Source: a virus. From it: 64,000 bases of DNA. This document shows, piece after piece, positions 37,010 to 47,836 of this stretch. The stretch lies in IMG/VR virus record IMGVR_UViG_3300022839_000007, positions 93,789 to 157,788 of that record; one strand, written 5' to 3'. The position numbers and the translations under genes are program-made. Under the pieces are notes generated by a model. That model ran no database searches. It worked only from the letters and a program-made list of their open reading frames with translations, and was not told where the DNA came from. How positions within the stretch are numbered: the stretch's first letter is position 1; each line of letters begins with the position of its first letter.

Positions 37010-40000
37010 TATACTCTTCCTACTAACACTTCGACAATACCTTTACTGTCGTCGATCTTAATACCAACTGCTTTTCCAATTACGGTACCTATACTAGGAT
37101 TATTATCAACTATCGCATAACCCGGTACTGCACTTGTTACTAGTAAATCTCCTTTTTTGACTTTACCTAACACCTTGCACGGTACTCTTCCGCTTAGTGC
37201 TACACCAGTAACGTAGTTTCCTTCTAATGCACTATTCATCAAGTGTGCTGGATTAGTAGTAACTACTCCAGCTACTCTTTTATCTCCTTTAACACTTGAT
37301 GCAGTAACTTCTTCTACTCCTCCAAGTATTAAAACTGTACCGGGTTCGTAATACATATCAGCTAAGTAATTTTCAGCAAGGTCGGCATACGTTGCTTTAG
37401 TTGCTGTACCGTTAAAGGTAGTTGCCCATATTGTATTCCATTTTCTAGAACTACTACCGATATCCTGTCCGCTATCAGTTGGGTTATTTACTCGAGGAAG
37501 TATACTTCCTAAAATATCAATTGCATTTACTGATAGGTTATTAACCGAAAGGGTGTCCGTGCTAGGAATATAAGTTAACAAGTTATCAGTAAATAATGCA
37601 AGATTTCCACTAGCTGCTGTTGCAAAGGTTAAAAAATGCGGACTTGCATTGGTATTTCGTGCAGCAATTGTCATCAACGCGGCATTAGTTGCATTAGTTG
37701 CATTAGTGGCATTAGTAGCATTAATAGCAGTCGATGCCGATGCAGCATTTCCTGTAATATTAACATTTATAGTAGACGGCAAACTAACCGTTAATACGCC
37801 AAGATTTTCTATTATATTAATTTGATTTGCAGTGCCATTAAATGCAATAGTACCGCCGAGTGGAATACTTGTACTGTTTGCACCCGATGACACAATTATA
37901 CCATTATTTAAAAGTTTATTGTTAGTAATTCCGCCGGATAATTGTTCATTTGTTATACTGCCATTGGTAATACTTATCCATCCGTTTAGTGATGTAAAAT
38001 TAGAACTACTAAATCTTGCTAACCCTAACAAGCTCTGATCTAGAACCCCTGGTGCGCTTGCTGAAGTAGTTGCAACATTTAATGATAATTTACTTTGTAA
38101 AATAGATGCATTAGCATTTATATCGGCATTATATACTACCCCTGGGTTAAGTTGTGCCGATAATATTCCTACAGAATATGTTAATGTAAAGTCACTTATT
38201 GCACTATCTGATGATAATAGCTTGTTGATCCACTTATTAATCGATGTATCGTAAATTAGCAACGATCCTAACCCTGGAGAACTTATAGTTGTATCGTTTA
38301 ATTCGGACAATGTATCGTATTTTGCAATTTCAGAATCTACATAGTTTTTATTAGTAGCATCAGAACCGGTAGTAGGACTTGCAAGGTTGGTGATTTGATT
38401 ATTACTCATACTCAAATCACCAGTCATATTATCGCCGGCTTTTCTTATTGCGCCGCCACCAATTACGTTCGCAATCTCAATCGAGTCTCCGGTTCTGTCC
38501 CAGCCCAATCTAAAATCAATGTAACTTTGTATTGCAGTTTCAGTTGGTACTGCATCGGCTGTAGCGTTTGTGAATGTGCTATCGGCTGAAAATTCATTGA
38601 TACGTACTCCTCGCTTAAAGCCGATTCCGTCAATATTAGTAAGTACTAACGCTGCATTAAAGGTAATGCGACCTGTACCTTGGTCTACAGTAAAGAATCT
38701 TCCTACACGGAAGAATCCGTCCTGATCGGTACTTGTAAAAAATACACGACCTCGTGAACGTTCTTGAACTTGTGCAACTGGATTAAATCCATTTTGGTCA
38801 ACTGAGTCCTCTCCAGTAACCGGTGTGTTAATTGGAGATCCGTAAATACGATCAGGATAATTTGTTGCATTATACCCTCCGGTGCCGATATCAAGAAAGT
38901 CATGACTAGTAGCACGACATGTACTAATACTTACTGTAATATTAGCACTTTCACCGGATTCTAATCCGGCCTTTAGTGATATATTATTTCCAATAATACT
39001 GTCTACTCTCTCAGACAATCCACCGGCAATATAAGTTGGATGAATACTATAAACTTCTTCAAAGCTTATAATAGCAAACTGTTGATTGGTTGCTGTTTCG
39101 GTAGCTTGTGTATATCCGGTTATTCTAAATACACCGCCGCTCCAGGTAAACAACATTCCAATTATACGAGTTTGACTCATTGTTCCTAGAATTGCTATAG
39201 CAATATTTAAGTCGCCTTGTGTACTACCTAACGTAGTGCCGCCTGCTATGCTTGCTCCGAGTGTGCTAGTAACAGTATATCCGCTACCAATATTTAATAA
39301 TACCTTACTATTGTCTACTAATAAATCTATATAGTTAAAGTTATCATCAATAGTAGTAGTTGCTTGATTGCCAACTACCGGAATTCCACTAACAATAGTA
39401 TTTTCAAATCCGATAGTACGATAAGTGTAAGTAGGAAATTCATCAAAAATAAGTGCAGTGCTAGGTCGTGTAAAAATATTACTGTCAATGCCATTGAGTA
39501 AAAAGTTTTGTTTTGCTCTATACACGGCTAGCGTACCAAAATCAGTTTGTTCTTGTATTCCTGAAGAAAGAGTAGCAACTCCGCTTGACAAATCCATACG
39601 CCATACTTTTCGTCTAATTAACGAATTGCTGCTATTACAAAGAACAGAATCTAATGACAACGGAATCTCTATTCCGGTATCAGATACCGATACTACATCA
39701 TAAGGTTGATATAGTCCGGTATTATGCAATATTTCAATTTCACTTGCATTTAACGGATAGTCTGATAAATCGTATACATGTATTGCTACACTATTTTCAT
39801 CAGCTGAAAAGTTTCTTTTAACAATTTCAGTAGGCATGCCTATTGTTGTGCTTCCTGAATCATATACGTCGTATCCAGTTTGAAAATTCCCAGTAACCTG
39901 TTCTAAATATATTGTAGTAGTATTATCACTAGAATTATAATAGGTAAATGCAGTTTTACCTTGAGAAGGAACGTTACTGTCTTGAGAAACTATTTCTCCA

Positions 40001-43000
40001 TTTAACATTAATGCTGTAACATCGCCGGTAAACATTATTTCGCTATCTACTGCATAAATCTTTGCAGGCTGTACAAGATTTTGCGCAAGTGTTGCAATTC
40101 TTGCAATTTCGTCTGGATCACTACCTTGAGAAACAAGTCCGTAGTTACCGTAACTATTATTACCAGTAAGAGACCGTATCTGCGATCCATTGATAGAATA
40201 ATATCCAGCATGGCAATAATATGTAAACACACTCACAGCTTCGAGTAATGCATTATTAGTGCCTACTATTCCGTATCCTTGATCGTTAATTTGTGTATAA
40301 TCGTTTGACAACATTGATTTGTTGCCTCCGGTTTGTAGTATAATTAATACTTGTCCAGGATTACTATCGTCATCAAACCCAATTCCGTCGTTACTGCCTT
40401 GATCTAGAACCAACGTTACACTTGCTATACCACCTACTACTTGATAATCTCTGATTGTATTAACCTGATAACGCTTTCCTAATAAAAAGAAACTTGACGG
40501 TGTTTGAGGTTTACGAATGCCAAGCCCACTATTAGACGGTGCTTCAACTTGTAAAGTAAAGTTATTAGTGTTTCCTACTATTGTCATTGGCATACTGCCG
40601 GCGTATCCGTCAACAAATTGTCCACCGGCAAAAATTCTATTATTGATACTTTTTGCAAATACGCTAACTGTTTGAACATATGGCGATCTTGTTAAAATTT
40701 GTCCATATGGATCAAGAACCATATGGAAGCCGCCGTGCTTCTGTGCTGTTAAGTTACGAATAATTGTGGAATCATTACATAAAAATACATCCATTTCGTC
40801 GTTATTCTTAGCAGGATTAAATTCGGACTCAAACGCAAAGGAAATTAATTGTACTAATTCCAACGCTTGTGTACTACTATTAACTTCGGCAACTAATGAG
40901 GTATCGACTATTTGTATTTCGTTACCTAATACCGGAGTATAGAGATTAGTGGTATTGTTAATTAATACTTTTTCTATAATATCAGCAATATGATTGATTG
41001 CAGCTTGTTTTTCAACTTCAACAATTATTCCATAATAAGATCCTTGGTTTCTAATGCTAGCGTATCTGTTGCCTGCAATTAAATCTTCTACTATACCTTC
41101 TACAATTAATCTCATGTCTCTACGATAGGTTAATTGGTCATAACTTAATGCAGGGTAAGTTGTGTTTATCCATGCAATAGTTTCTTCAATAATAAAAAGT
41201 TTATTTATTTGTATTAATCTTGCTGCATTAAGAAAGTTTCCTAAGTTATTTGCACCAAAATTGCTAATATTTAAGGGAACATTAGCATCCTTTAAGTAAT
41301 GATATCCAAAATATCCAACTGTATTTCCGTCTACTATACGGGGTTCTCCAGCAACCGCAGTTGTTAAGTCGTCAATTACTGCATCTCTATAGAACCAAGT
41401 ATTAGCAATTTTTGATCCACTAGTGCCTAATGCAGGACGTACAATTACGCGCCGCATTTCGTCGCCCTTAATTGAAATATTTTCTGGAATACGTATAGGC
41501 AATTGCTCGTTATAAATACCGGATTCGATAAGAATAGTAAGTTGTTCGCGTTTTACGTATGCTCCGTATTCAATTAATTCTTGCTCAATAAATTCAGTTG
41601 GAGTTAATAGTTGCAAGCTTAGAGTATCATACTCTGGAGTTCCACCTACATCTACTCCCTGAATGTATGATACAATCCTTCCTACTGCTCCAGAGGTAAC
41701 TCCTCTTACAATTTTTCCAGGAAAAATATCACGATTCGGTTTACTAACTGATGGATCCCCGGACTGAATTGTAAACTTATTTGGACCGCTGTGTGCATAT
41801 AATGTATAGTAGTTTGCAGCTTCAATTACCGGTATACTAGCGTAGTTTCCATCAATAACTTCTAACAGTAAATCAAATAGATTTCTTACTGCAATATACC
41901 ACGAATTTCCGCTGGTAATCCCTGCATTAGATAATTCAGCTAGCAAAGAATTTTTAACATATACTATTGCTGTACTAGTTTCAATATATTGTCCTCTAGT
42001 TGAGATTAAGATTTCTGCATCTGGGCTAGAGTAATACCGCAATCCAGCAAACCTAGTTAGCGAATTATTTTTAATAGTTGTTGTACTTGCACTAATATCA
42101 AGCTTAACACTGTTAATAATTAATTCTAGGTTTTCTCTCCACAACAAAGAATTGTATACAAGATTAGGAAACTGAACATTGATGTAATTAAGTGTATTAT
42201 CTATTATATTAGTCTTCTCTGCTGTAATAGTTGTAGCAACAGTCAACTGATTTCCAGACAGACTATATCCGTAAGTTCCAGGATTATCAACATAGCTTTG
42301 ATATGTGGTTACGCCGTCTACGTATTGCAACGGCTGGATATATGGTCCAATATCAGGCAACGACGCTTCCTGAATTAATGCTGCTTTTTGTGTTGCAGCA
42401 CCAATTGACTTGTATGCATATGCTTCGCTACGCCCTGCGTTTCCGGGAGGCGTAGATCGTTGAAGATCGCTACCAGTTGTGCTAACATATAAATTTACTT
42501 TACTGGTAAACGAACTAGAATCAACATAAAATTTTGTTGCAGCTTGTAGATCATTTGGACTATTCGGAGTTCCAAATCCATTAAACGGGCTAGGGTGATC
42601 GTACAGTTCAAGAGGTCCGGTCATAGTATCGCCGGACCGTTTGACAACTTCTTGGACTTGTGGAACTTGAGTTCCAGTTGCGCCTGATATAGTACTTAAT
42701 GCTCCGGACATAGTATCGCCAGAGGTGTTTATATATTTGTTATCTGCAAATCCTTTACTAATTAACAAATTGTCTTCGGTGATATCTGGTGTATTACTGT
42801 GTATAATATTCCAGTTATTAACTAGTGTCTGTCTTGATGCATCGTTTAACAGTATTGCCTGCGTAGTTGTATTATAAGCTGCACCGGCACCTATATTCAG
42901 CGGACTTATTACAGTTGGTGAAGGATCTAGTTCTAACTTAGTGTTCACCGAGCGAACAACTAGTTTATTGCCGTCTATATTAAATGCAATTGTATTTTCA

Positions 43001-43269
43001 GGATCGTTGGAATTATTAGTTCCTGCATTTGAAACAAGGTCAAAAAATGAAATTCCAGTACCGTCTTGTTTAACCAACAGTACTTTGCCTTCGTTTCCAA
43101 TAGTTGTATTAGGAGTATCGTCTAGACTAGTAAACGAGATTTGTCCACCGAGGCCAAATATTGCATATATTTCATTAAAGTTTTCATTTACTTTACGAAA
43201 ACTTTCTCTAATGCTATCTCCGGTGCCGTCGTTTCCTTCTACACCAATGTCAACGTCTTGCTTTGCCAT
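37009..43269 (-). CDS. Large tail fibre/baseplate protein (2086 aa)
   Basis: gp9/10-like N-terminus, GDTMTG and ATKxYVD fibre motifs, C-terminal ADLAENY...VALSGRVPCKV chaperone-like domain. Confidence 0.8.
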   Translation of the reverse strand: MAKQDVDIGVEGNDGTGDSIRESFRKVNENFNEIYAIFGLGGQISFTSLDDTPNTTIGNEGKVLLVKQDGTGISFFDLVSNAGTNNSNDPENTIAFNIDGNKLVVRSVNTKLELDPSPTVISPLNIGAGAAYNTTTQAILLNDASRQTLVNNWNIIHSNTPDITEDNLLISKGFADNKYINTSGDTMSGALSTISGATGTQVPQVQEVVKRSGDTMTGPLELYDHPSPFNGFGTPNSPNDLQAATKFYVDSSSFTSKVNLYVSTTGSDLQRSTPPGNAGRSEAYAYKSIGAATQKAALIQEASLPDIGPYIQPLQYVDGVTTYQSYVDNPGTYGYSLSGNQLTVATTITAEKTNIIDNTLNYINVQFPNLVYNSLLWRENLELIINSVKLDISASTTTIKNNSLTRFAGLRYYSSPDAEILISTRGQYIETSTAIVYVKNSLLAELSNAGITSGNSWYIAVRNLFDLLLEVIDGNYASIPVIEAANYYTLYAHSGPNKFTIQSGDPSVSKPNRDIFPGKIVRGVTSGAVGRIVSYIQGVDVGGTPEYDTLSLQLLTPTEFIEQELIEYGAYVKREQLTILIESGIYNEQLPIRIPENISIKGDEMRRVIVRPALGTSGSKIANTWFYRDAVIDDLTTAVAGEPRIVDGNTVGYFGYHYLKDANVPLNISNFGANNLGNFLNAARLIQINKLFIIEETIAWINTTYPALSYDQLTYRRDMRLIVEGIVEDLIAGNRYASIRNQGSYYGIIVEVEKQAAINHIADIIEKVLINNTTNLYTPVLGNEIQIVDTSLVAEVNSSTQALELVQLISFAFESEFNPAKNNDEMDVFLCNDSTIIRNLTAQKHGGFHMVLDPYGQILTRSPYVQTVSVFAKSINNRIFAGGQFVDGYAGSMPMTIVGNTNNFTLQVEAPSNSGLGIRKPQTPSSFFLLGKRYQVNTIRDYQVVGGIASVTLVLDQGSNDGIGFDDDSNPGQVLIILQTGGNKSMLSNDYTQINDQGYGIVGTNNALLEAVSVFTYYCHAGYYSINGSQIRSLTGNNSYGNYGLVSQGSDPDEIARIATLAQNLVQPAKIYAVDSEIMFTGDVTALMLNGEIVSQDSNVPSQGKTAFTYYNSSDNTTTIYLEQVTGNFQTGYDVYDSGSTTIGMPTEIVKRNFSADENSVAIHVYDLSDYPLNASEIEILHNTGLYQPYDVVSVSDTGIEIPLSLDSVLCNSSNSLIRRKVWRMDLSSGVATLSSGIQEQTDFGTLAVYRAKQNFLLNGIDSNIFTRPSTALIFDEFPTYTYRTIGFENTIVSGIPVVGNQATTTIDDNFNYIDLLVDNSKVLLNIGSGYTVTSTLGASIAGGTTLGSTQGDLNIAIAILGTMSQTRIIGMLFTWSGGVFRITGYTQATETATNQQFAIISFEEVYSIHPTYIAGGLSERVDSIIGNNISLKAGLESGESANITVSISTCRATSHDFLDIGTGGYNATNYPDRIYGSPINTPVTGEDSVDQNGFNPVAQVQERSRGRVFFTSTDQDGFFRVGRFFTVDQGTGRITFNAALVLTNIDGIGFKRGVRINEFSADSTFTNATADAVPTETAIQSYIDFRLGWDRTGDSIEIANVIGGGAIRKAGDNMTGDLSMSNNQITNLASPTTGSDATNKNYVDSEIAKYDTLSELNDTTISSPGLGSLLIYDTSINKWINKLLSSDSAISDFTLTYSVGILSAQLNPGVVYNADINANASILQSKLSLNVATTSASAPGVLDQSLLGLARFSSSNFTSLNGWISITNGSITNEQLSGGITNNKLLNNGIIVSSGANSTSIPLGGTIAFNGTANQINIIENLGVLTVSLPSTINVNITGNAASASTAINATNATNATNATNAALMTIAARNTNASPHFLTFATAASGNLALFTDNLLTYIPSTDTLSVNNLSVNAIDILGSILPRVNNPTDSGQDIGSSSRKWNTIWATTFNGTATKATYADLAENYLADMYYEPGTVLILGGVEEVTASSVKGDKRVAGVVTTNPAHLMNSALEGNYVTGVALSGRVPCKVLGKVKKGDLLVTSAVPGYAIVDNNPSIGTVIGKAVGIKIDDSKGIVEVLVGRV

Positions 43270-43279
43270 TTTTACTCCA

Positions 43280-43642
43280 TTACCCTTGTGGTACTAATTT
43301 ATTCATATCAAAATTTACACTTATTCCGCAACCGCACGCACTACGAGCATTTGGGTTTTTAATTTCAAAATTAGATCCTACTAAACTTCTTACGTAGTCT
43401 AATTCTGTTCCAATTAAAAACATAATACTAGTACTGCCAATTACAAATTTTCCAGCGTTGTCTGTATTAATTACTTCGTCGCCTACAACAATCTCTGATG
43501 CAGATGATACAGTTCCCCAGTCATACTCAAAACCAGCACATCCGCCGCCTTTTAAGTTTAGACTAACTGCATAACAGTTAAAGTCGCGACAGAGGGCGTC
43601 AATTTGTATTTTAGCAGACGCAGTTAGGGTACAGATGTTCAT
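43280..43642 (-). CDS. iscA: IscA/HesB-family Fe-S assembly protein
   Basis: GGGCAGFEY, NPNARSACGCG. Confidence 0.9.
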   Translation of the reverse strand: MNICTLTASAKIQIDALCRDFNCYAVSLNLKGGGCAGFEYDWGTVSSASEIVVGDEVINTDNAGKFVIGSTSIMFLIGTELDYVRSLVGSNFEIKNPNARSACGCGISVNFDMNKLVPQG

Positions 43643-43716
43643 GATATTCCTTCTTCTATTGTTATTTACCGTATGATTCTATAATCCTAATGCAAATCAT
43701 ATCTATAAATATAGTT

Positions 43717-44004
43717 ATGTTTATTCATGAATTTATAGTTTTAACCTGGCATTCTCGAACTAGCAAGCTAGGAAAAATACACAATTATAGCAGAAAAAAA
43801 CGCATAGCAGTATTGCGATGCGATAACTGTAGTATTAAATTTACAAGAGCCTGTAGCAGTATGGATCCAAAACGTCTTAGCAACAATTATTTTCATGTAT
43901 GCAATAATTGTAATTCAAAAAAGTTTGCTCAACGCAAAGGCATTGAGCGAAAAAAAGTATGGGCGTTAAATGCTAGTAGTAACTTACCAATTGGTAAACA
44001 TTAA
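43717..44004 (+). CDS. Small zinc-finger-like protein
   Basis: CDNC...CNNC; TATAAATA-N5-ATG. Confidence 0.65.
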   Translation: MFIHEFIVLTWHSRTSKLGKIHNYSRKKRIAVLRCDNCSIKFTRACSSMDPKRLSNNYFHVCNNCNSKKFAQRKGIERKKVWALNASSNLPIGKH

Positions 44005-44303
44005 TTAGAAACAATTGGTCTAGGCAACTCAGAAAGTGTAGCTCTTTTTGGTGCTGCATTATTTGCTAATCTTCGTACTTGTTTTTCTAACACAGAAATT
44101 CTAGCATCCTGACGCCGAACTTTTTCTTCTAATCCTTGTACGTATGCTTGCGTTGGAACTTTTCTTTCAGAGCCGTCTTCACCAAGAACACTGTAATGGT
44201 CCACTCCGTGTCCCTTTAATCCTCCTAAAACTCGGTTAGGATTTTTTTCATGTGCAGAGTCTTGTTGAGTTTTTCCGCTATACATATTGTGTAAATAATT
44301 CAT
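44001..44303 (-). CDS. Hypothetical coiled-coil protein
   Basis: TATAAATA-N4-ATG. Confidence 0.65.
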   Translation of the reverse strand: MNYLHNMYSGKTQQDSAHEKNPNRVLGGLKGHGVDHYSVLGEDGSERKVPTQAYVQGLEEKVRRQDARISVLEKQVRRLANNAAPKRATLSELPRPIVSN

Positions 44304-44310
44304 ATAGTAT

Positions 44311-45339
44311 TTATACAAGACTTTGATCGTATAGCTGCTTACTGGAAATATTCTTTTTCTTACTTTCCGTCATAATGTCTGCATGTTCAAGGAAAGACAA
44401 TGCCCAACTATTTGCTGCATTGTTAGGATAATCTTCACTATGGGCACGAAGCTTTCCTTTTTTGTATCCTTGTTCTAATAATTTTGGAAAGTCTGGTAAT
44501 GTATTTTTATCAACATGACCTACCCATTCTTCTCTACTATAAGAATAGTGTATTGCCGGACGTACTCCCCTCCAGGAGTCGATTATCCGAGAAAATCTAC
44601 AGTCGGTAGGAAGAAAATATTTGCCTTCTCGACAAAGATGATGATGTATATCAACTACTAATGCAAGGTCTCCTGCAAGTTCAAGGGAATCGTCGAGTCC
44701 CCATTTATTTTCGTCATTTTCAATGGTTATTGTATTTCTTGCTTCTGGAGACAATCTCAACAGTGCGGCTTTAATACCAGGCGGACCGTTCTTTCCTGAG
44801 ATGTGTACATTACATTTAAAATCCTGAAATACTTTTCCAAACCCCATCCACCTAATAAGGGTAGCATGATATTCAAATTCTTCTATACTTCTTTCAACAA
44901 TTTCCGGGTTATCACTGGATAAGACACAGAATTGTCCAGGATGCATTGAAAGTCGCACATCAAGGGCTCTTGCCGTTTCTCCAACTGCACCGTAATGGGT
45001 TTCACAATATTCCACAACGTCAGTACGAGACCAAAAATACTTCCAGTCAGCATAGGTAGCACAAGGAAGCTGGTTGCTCCCCAAACGAACCATTCGACGA
45101 CCGCTAGGAAGACTTCCCACATATTCTACTAACCTTTTTGCTGCGGCGGCATTATGTTCCATAATATCCCAAAGCCGCTGTTCTGCTACATCACGTGTTT
45201 GTCTATTAAGCCATGCAACGGTTGTACTGCGTTCAGTAAGAGGGCGTTGCAATTCTTCTAGAATCTTTGTATTCTGTGTTTGATCTTCATGCAAGTATTT
45301 ACAAGCAAACCCAATTCTGTTTACATCTTGTTTAAACAT
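44311..45339 (-). CDS. uvsE: UV-damage endonuclease (UvdE/UvsE)
   Basis: IGFAC, RLSMHPGQF, IENDE, DIHHH, RAHS. Confidence 0.9.
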   Translation of the reverse strand: MFKQDVNRIGFACKYLHEDQTQNTKILEELQRPLTERSTTVAWLNRQTRDVAEQRLWDIMEHNAAAAKRLVEYVGSLPSGRRMVRLGSNQLPCATYADWKYFWSRTDVVEYCETHYGAVGETARALDVRLSMHPGQFCVLSSDNPEIVERSIEEFEYHATLIRWMGFGKVFQDFKCNVHISGKNGPPGIKAALLRLSPEARNTITIENDENKWGLDDSLELAGDLALVVDIHHHLCREGKYFLPTDCRFSRIIDSWRGVRPAIHYSYSREEWVGHVDKNTLPDFPKLLEQGYKKGKLRAHSEDYPNNAANSWALSFLEHADIMTESKKKNISSKQLYDQSLV

Positions 45340-45388
45340 TGTAATTCCTTATGCTATTAATGTATAATAGCAAATTGCACTACAATAG

Positions 45389-46132
45389 TCAATACCAATG
45401 TTTTCGTGTCCATTCGTCGATGCAATCGGGTATATTAGGCTCACCGTGGAATACAGCTATGCTTGTGTTAGGTAATAGTATCGGAGTTCCGGCAGTCTTA
45501 AAGGTACGTTTTCCATTTATTAATACAAGCTCACTACGTCCTCGCATTTCCCATTTGTAACTTTGTATCCATTCGTCTGGCCAAAATTTGTGCGTTTTAA
45601 TGGACTTGTACATCCAGTCTTGATCACCTTGATGTTGTCTTGTTATATTAATAAAATCTCTTTTAAAAGTTTTCCATAAATAATCAAACTTTCCTATATT
45701 AACTCTAAATACACTACTGTTCATTCGATCCCAGTTTGGACGTATGCTACGGTTAAAGTCTCTAATAATTATAAAGTCAGAGGTTGATTCAAAGTCAAAT
45801 AGATAGTTGATATTTTTAAAAACAATTAGGTCTAAGTCTAGAAATAATAAAGTACCATGAATACCGAGTTCGTCACTAAGAAACCAAGGCTTGTACCACC
45901 ACCCGGATAACGGCATTGCAGTTAAATTTCGCACAGTTATATCTTGATCAATATCGGAAGCGTCGTCGGTAAAACATATAAATTCATAATCTATAGTAAG
46001 ATTTCTTTTTACCATATTATGCAAGTTATTTACATATTTGGCATTATATTTTTTACCCCATTTTAAACATGCTACATATTTTTTATTAGGCAACGACGCA
46101 GGATCTGTATTACTAGTAATATACTCGACCAT
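45389..46132 (-). CDS. GT-A glycosyltransferase (GT8-like)
   Basis: CLKWGKKY, FLDLD, NSSV, GDQDW, VFHGEP. Confidence 0.75.
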   Translation of the reverse strand: MVEYITSNTDPASLPNKKYVACLKWGKKYNAKYVNNLHNMVKRNLTIDYEFICFTDDASDIDQDITVRNLTAMPLSGWWYKPWFLSDELGIHGTLLFLDLDLIVFKNINYLFDFESTSDFIIIRDFNRSIRPNWDRMNSSVFRVNIGKFDYLWKTFKRDFINITRQHQGDQDWMYKSIKTHKFWPDEWIQSYKWEMRGRSELVLINGKRTFKTAGTPILLPNTSIAVFHGEPNIPDCIDEWTRKHWY

Positions 46133-46629
46133 TAACCTTCGTATATAGCACTATTAGCATCATGCTCAAACACCTCGGCACTTACTAATCTTACACTTGC
46201 TCCTACTGGATAACGACTATGTGTATTTTTTTTCATACCTTCTAATATCTTTGCCATTTTATCGTAACACATCTTGGCAAACATTTCGCAGCCTACTCCG
46301 TCAACAATGCGTAAATCAATAACTCCGCGATTGTCATATCCGCCTGCAATATTATTAAGTTCTTCAAATACAACTAGATGGGGGTCATCAAATGCTATAA
46401 GCGTAGTATGATCAAACATACTTTCGGACCATTCTTTAAACAGTTTAAGTCCTCCAAAGTCAAGTACCCAGTTTCTATCATCCAGGGTCTCACTTTCAAA
46501 TATTAGTTTAATACCAATTGAGTATCCGTGCAACTGAGAACAATGAGAATGAGTAGCGCGCCATTGCCTAAATGTGCAACTAAGACCTCTATCAGTTCCG
46601 TACTTTTTTGTTGAATAAAATTTAGCCAT
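46132..46629 (-). CDS. queD: 6-carboxytetrahydropterin synthase
   Basis: HCSQLHGY, WVLDFG, FDHT, GCE, EHDANSA. Confidence 0.85.
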   Translation of the reverse strand: MAKFYSTKKYGTDRGLSCTFRQWRATHSHCSQLHGYSIGIKLIFESETLDDRNWVLDFGGLKLFKEWSESMFDHTTLIAFDDPHLVVFEELNNIAGGYDNRGVIDLRIVDGVGCEMFAKMCYDKMAKILEGMKKNTHSRYPVGASVRLVSAEVFEHDANSAIYEG

Positions 46630-46737
46630 TGTAATAATCCTTTAAATAGAATATAAAAATAGTTACAAAGAGAACAATACGTGTTCTCGTTTGAATATTA
46701 TACTACAGTACATTAAAATAACAATAATGTCAACTGT

Positions 46738-47184
46738 TTACTTGACAATTAATAAAATATTATCATAAGCCCGCGTTGTAGTCTCTTCAAATATCCAGTA
46801 TTTACATGACCAATCTCCGGTCATTGTTACTTTCCATTTTCCAAAATATAATTCTTCAGGCATTGCCATAGTCCACCTGTTAACTACATTATTACCTACT
46901 GAGCTATTACGTGTGTACGGGACAACAAAGTCATGCAAGTATACCGTGTCGGTACCATTAGTTGCAGTTCCAAATACATTATTAACTGAACAAGTTAATA
47001 TTTTTTTTCCAGTTAGTTTGAAATCTATATTATTAGTTGCAAAAATTGGATTATTTATAATTTCAATTGTAAGATTTTCATAAGGATTGGTATTTTTAAA
47101 AATTAAATAATTAATCCCGAGTACAATTAAGAAAATAAGACTCATTCCGCTTATTAGATTAGCGCCGATTACTTTCTTCGTCAT
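46738..47184 (-). CDS. Single-TM membrane-anchored protein
   Basis: N-terminal hydrophobic helix. Confidence 0.6.
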   Translation of the reverse strand: MTKKVIGANLISGMSLIFLIVLGINYLIFKNTNPYENLTIEIINNPIFATNNIDFKLTGKKILTCSVNNVFGTATNGTDTVYLHDFVVPYTRNSSVGNNVVNRWTMAMPEELYFGKWKVTMTGDWSCKYWIFEETTTRAYDNILLIVK

Positions 47185-47491
47185 ATAAATCCTTCAATTC
47201 TTCTTTTACTTCTGTTAACTCATGACTTACAATAATTAAATTTTCAGTTGCACGTCTAAACAATCTTACAAGAAATCTCATACTAAATATTGCCCAAAAC
47301 CACCATACTACCGAAGTTGTACTAATAATTCCTATTCCAATATAAAACATTATTTGAAATTCTAATAAATCAAATATCAATACCATAGAGCAAACAAGAA
47401 GAAACAGAGGTGGGACTATTTTTGCAAATAAGTCCCACCTCTCCACTTGTGTTTCAATTTCTTTTGTTTTTCTTAGTGCATCTTCTTCCAT
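47159..47491 (-). CDS. Two-TM membrane protein
   Basis: ATAAATA-N5-ATG; two TM helices and an acidic coiled tail. Confidence 0.6.
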   Translation of the reverse strand: MEEDALRKTKEIETQVERWDLFAKIVPPLFLLVCSMVLIFDLLEFQIMFYIGIGIISTTSVVWWFWAIFSMRFLVRLFRRATENLIIVSHELTEVKEELKDLYDEESNRR

Positions 47492-47539
47492 ACTAATATT
47501 TATGTTAAGTATTGTTTTTAAAAACACACACTAAAATTA

Positions 47540-47836
47540 TTAAAACATAACTTTGACTTCGCTAATTCGATCGTATCGAAAACTACGAAATTCCGCAGAG
47601 TCAATTGCCCATACTACACATGTACTATTGTTTCGCGCCGTTGTTAACTTGACTTTATCTGCATCAATTAATGGCATAAGATCAGGAATTAATGTACATT
47701 TCATAATGCGTTCATCTCCGTTTATCTTTAAGAAAGTTACTTCAACTACATAAGTTTTTAAGAGTGCTAACAGGCTTTCTTGTACAAGTATGTTCTTATC
47801 TATTTTGGACGATGGAATCTGCAAGTCCATATGCAA
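47540..47836 (-). CDS. WYL_2/DUF2693-like SH3-fold protein
   Basis: [17 protein letters not shown]...FRSFRYD. Confidence 0.7.
   Translation of the reverse strand: MHMDLQIPSSKIDKNILVQESLLALLKTYVVEVTFLKINGDERIMKCTLIPDLMPLIDADKVKLTTARNNSTCVVWAIDSAEFRSFRYDRISEVKVMF

Noticed and set aside
37682-37722. 9-bp tandem repeat (gcattagtt)
   Set aside because: It encodes an ATN-ATN linker, which is ordinary in tail fibres.
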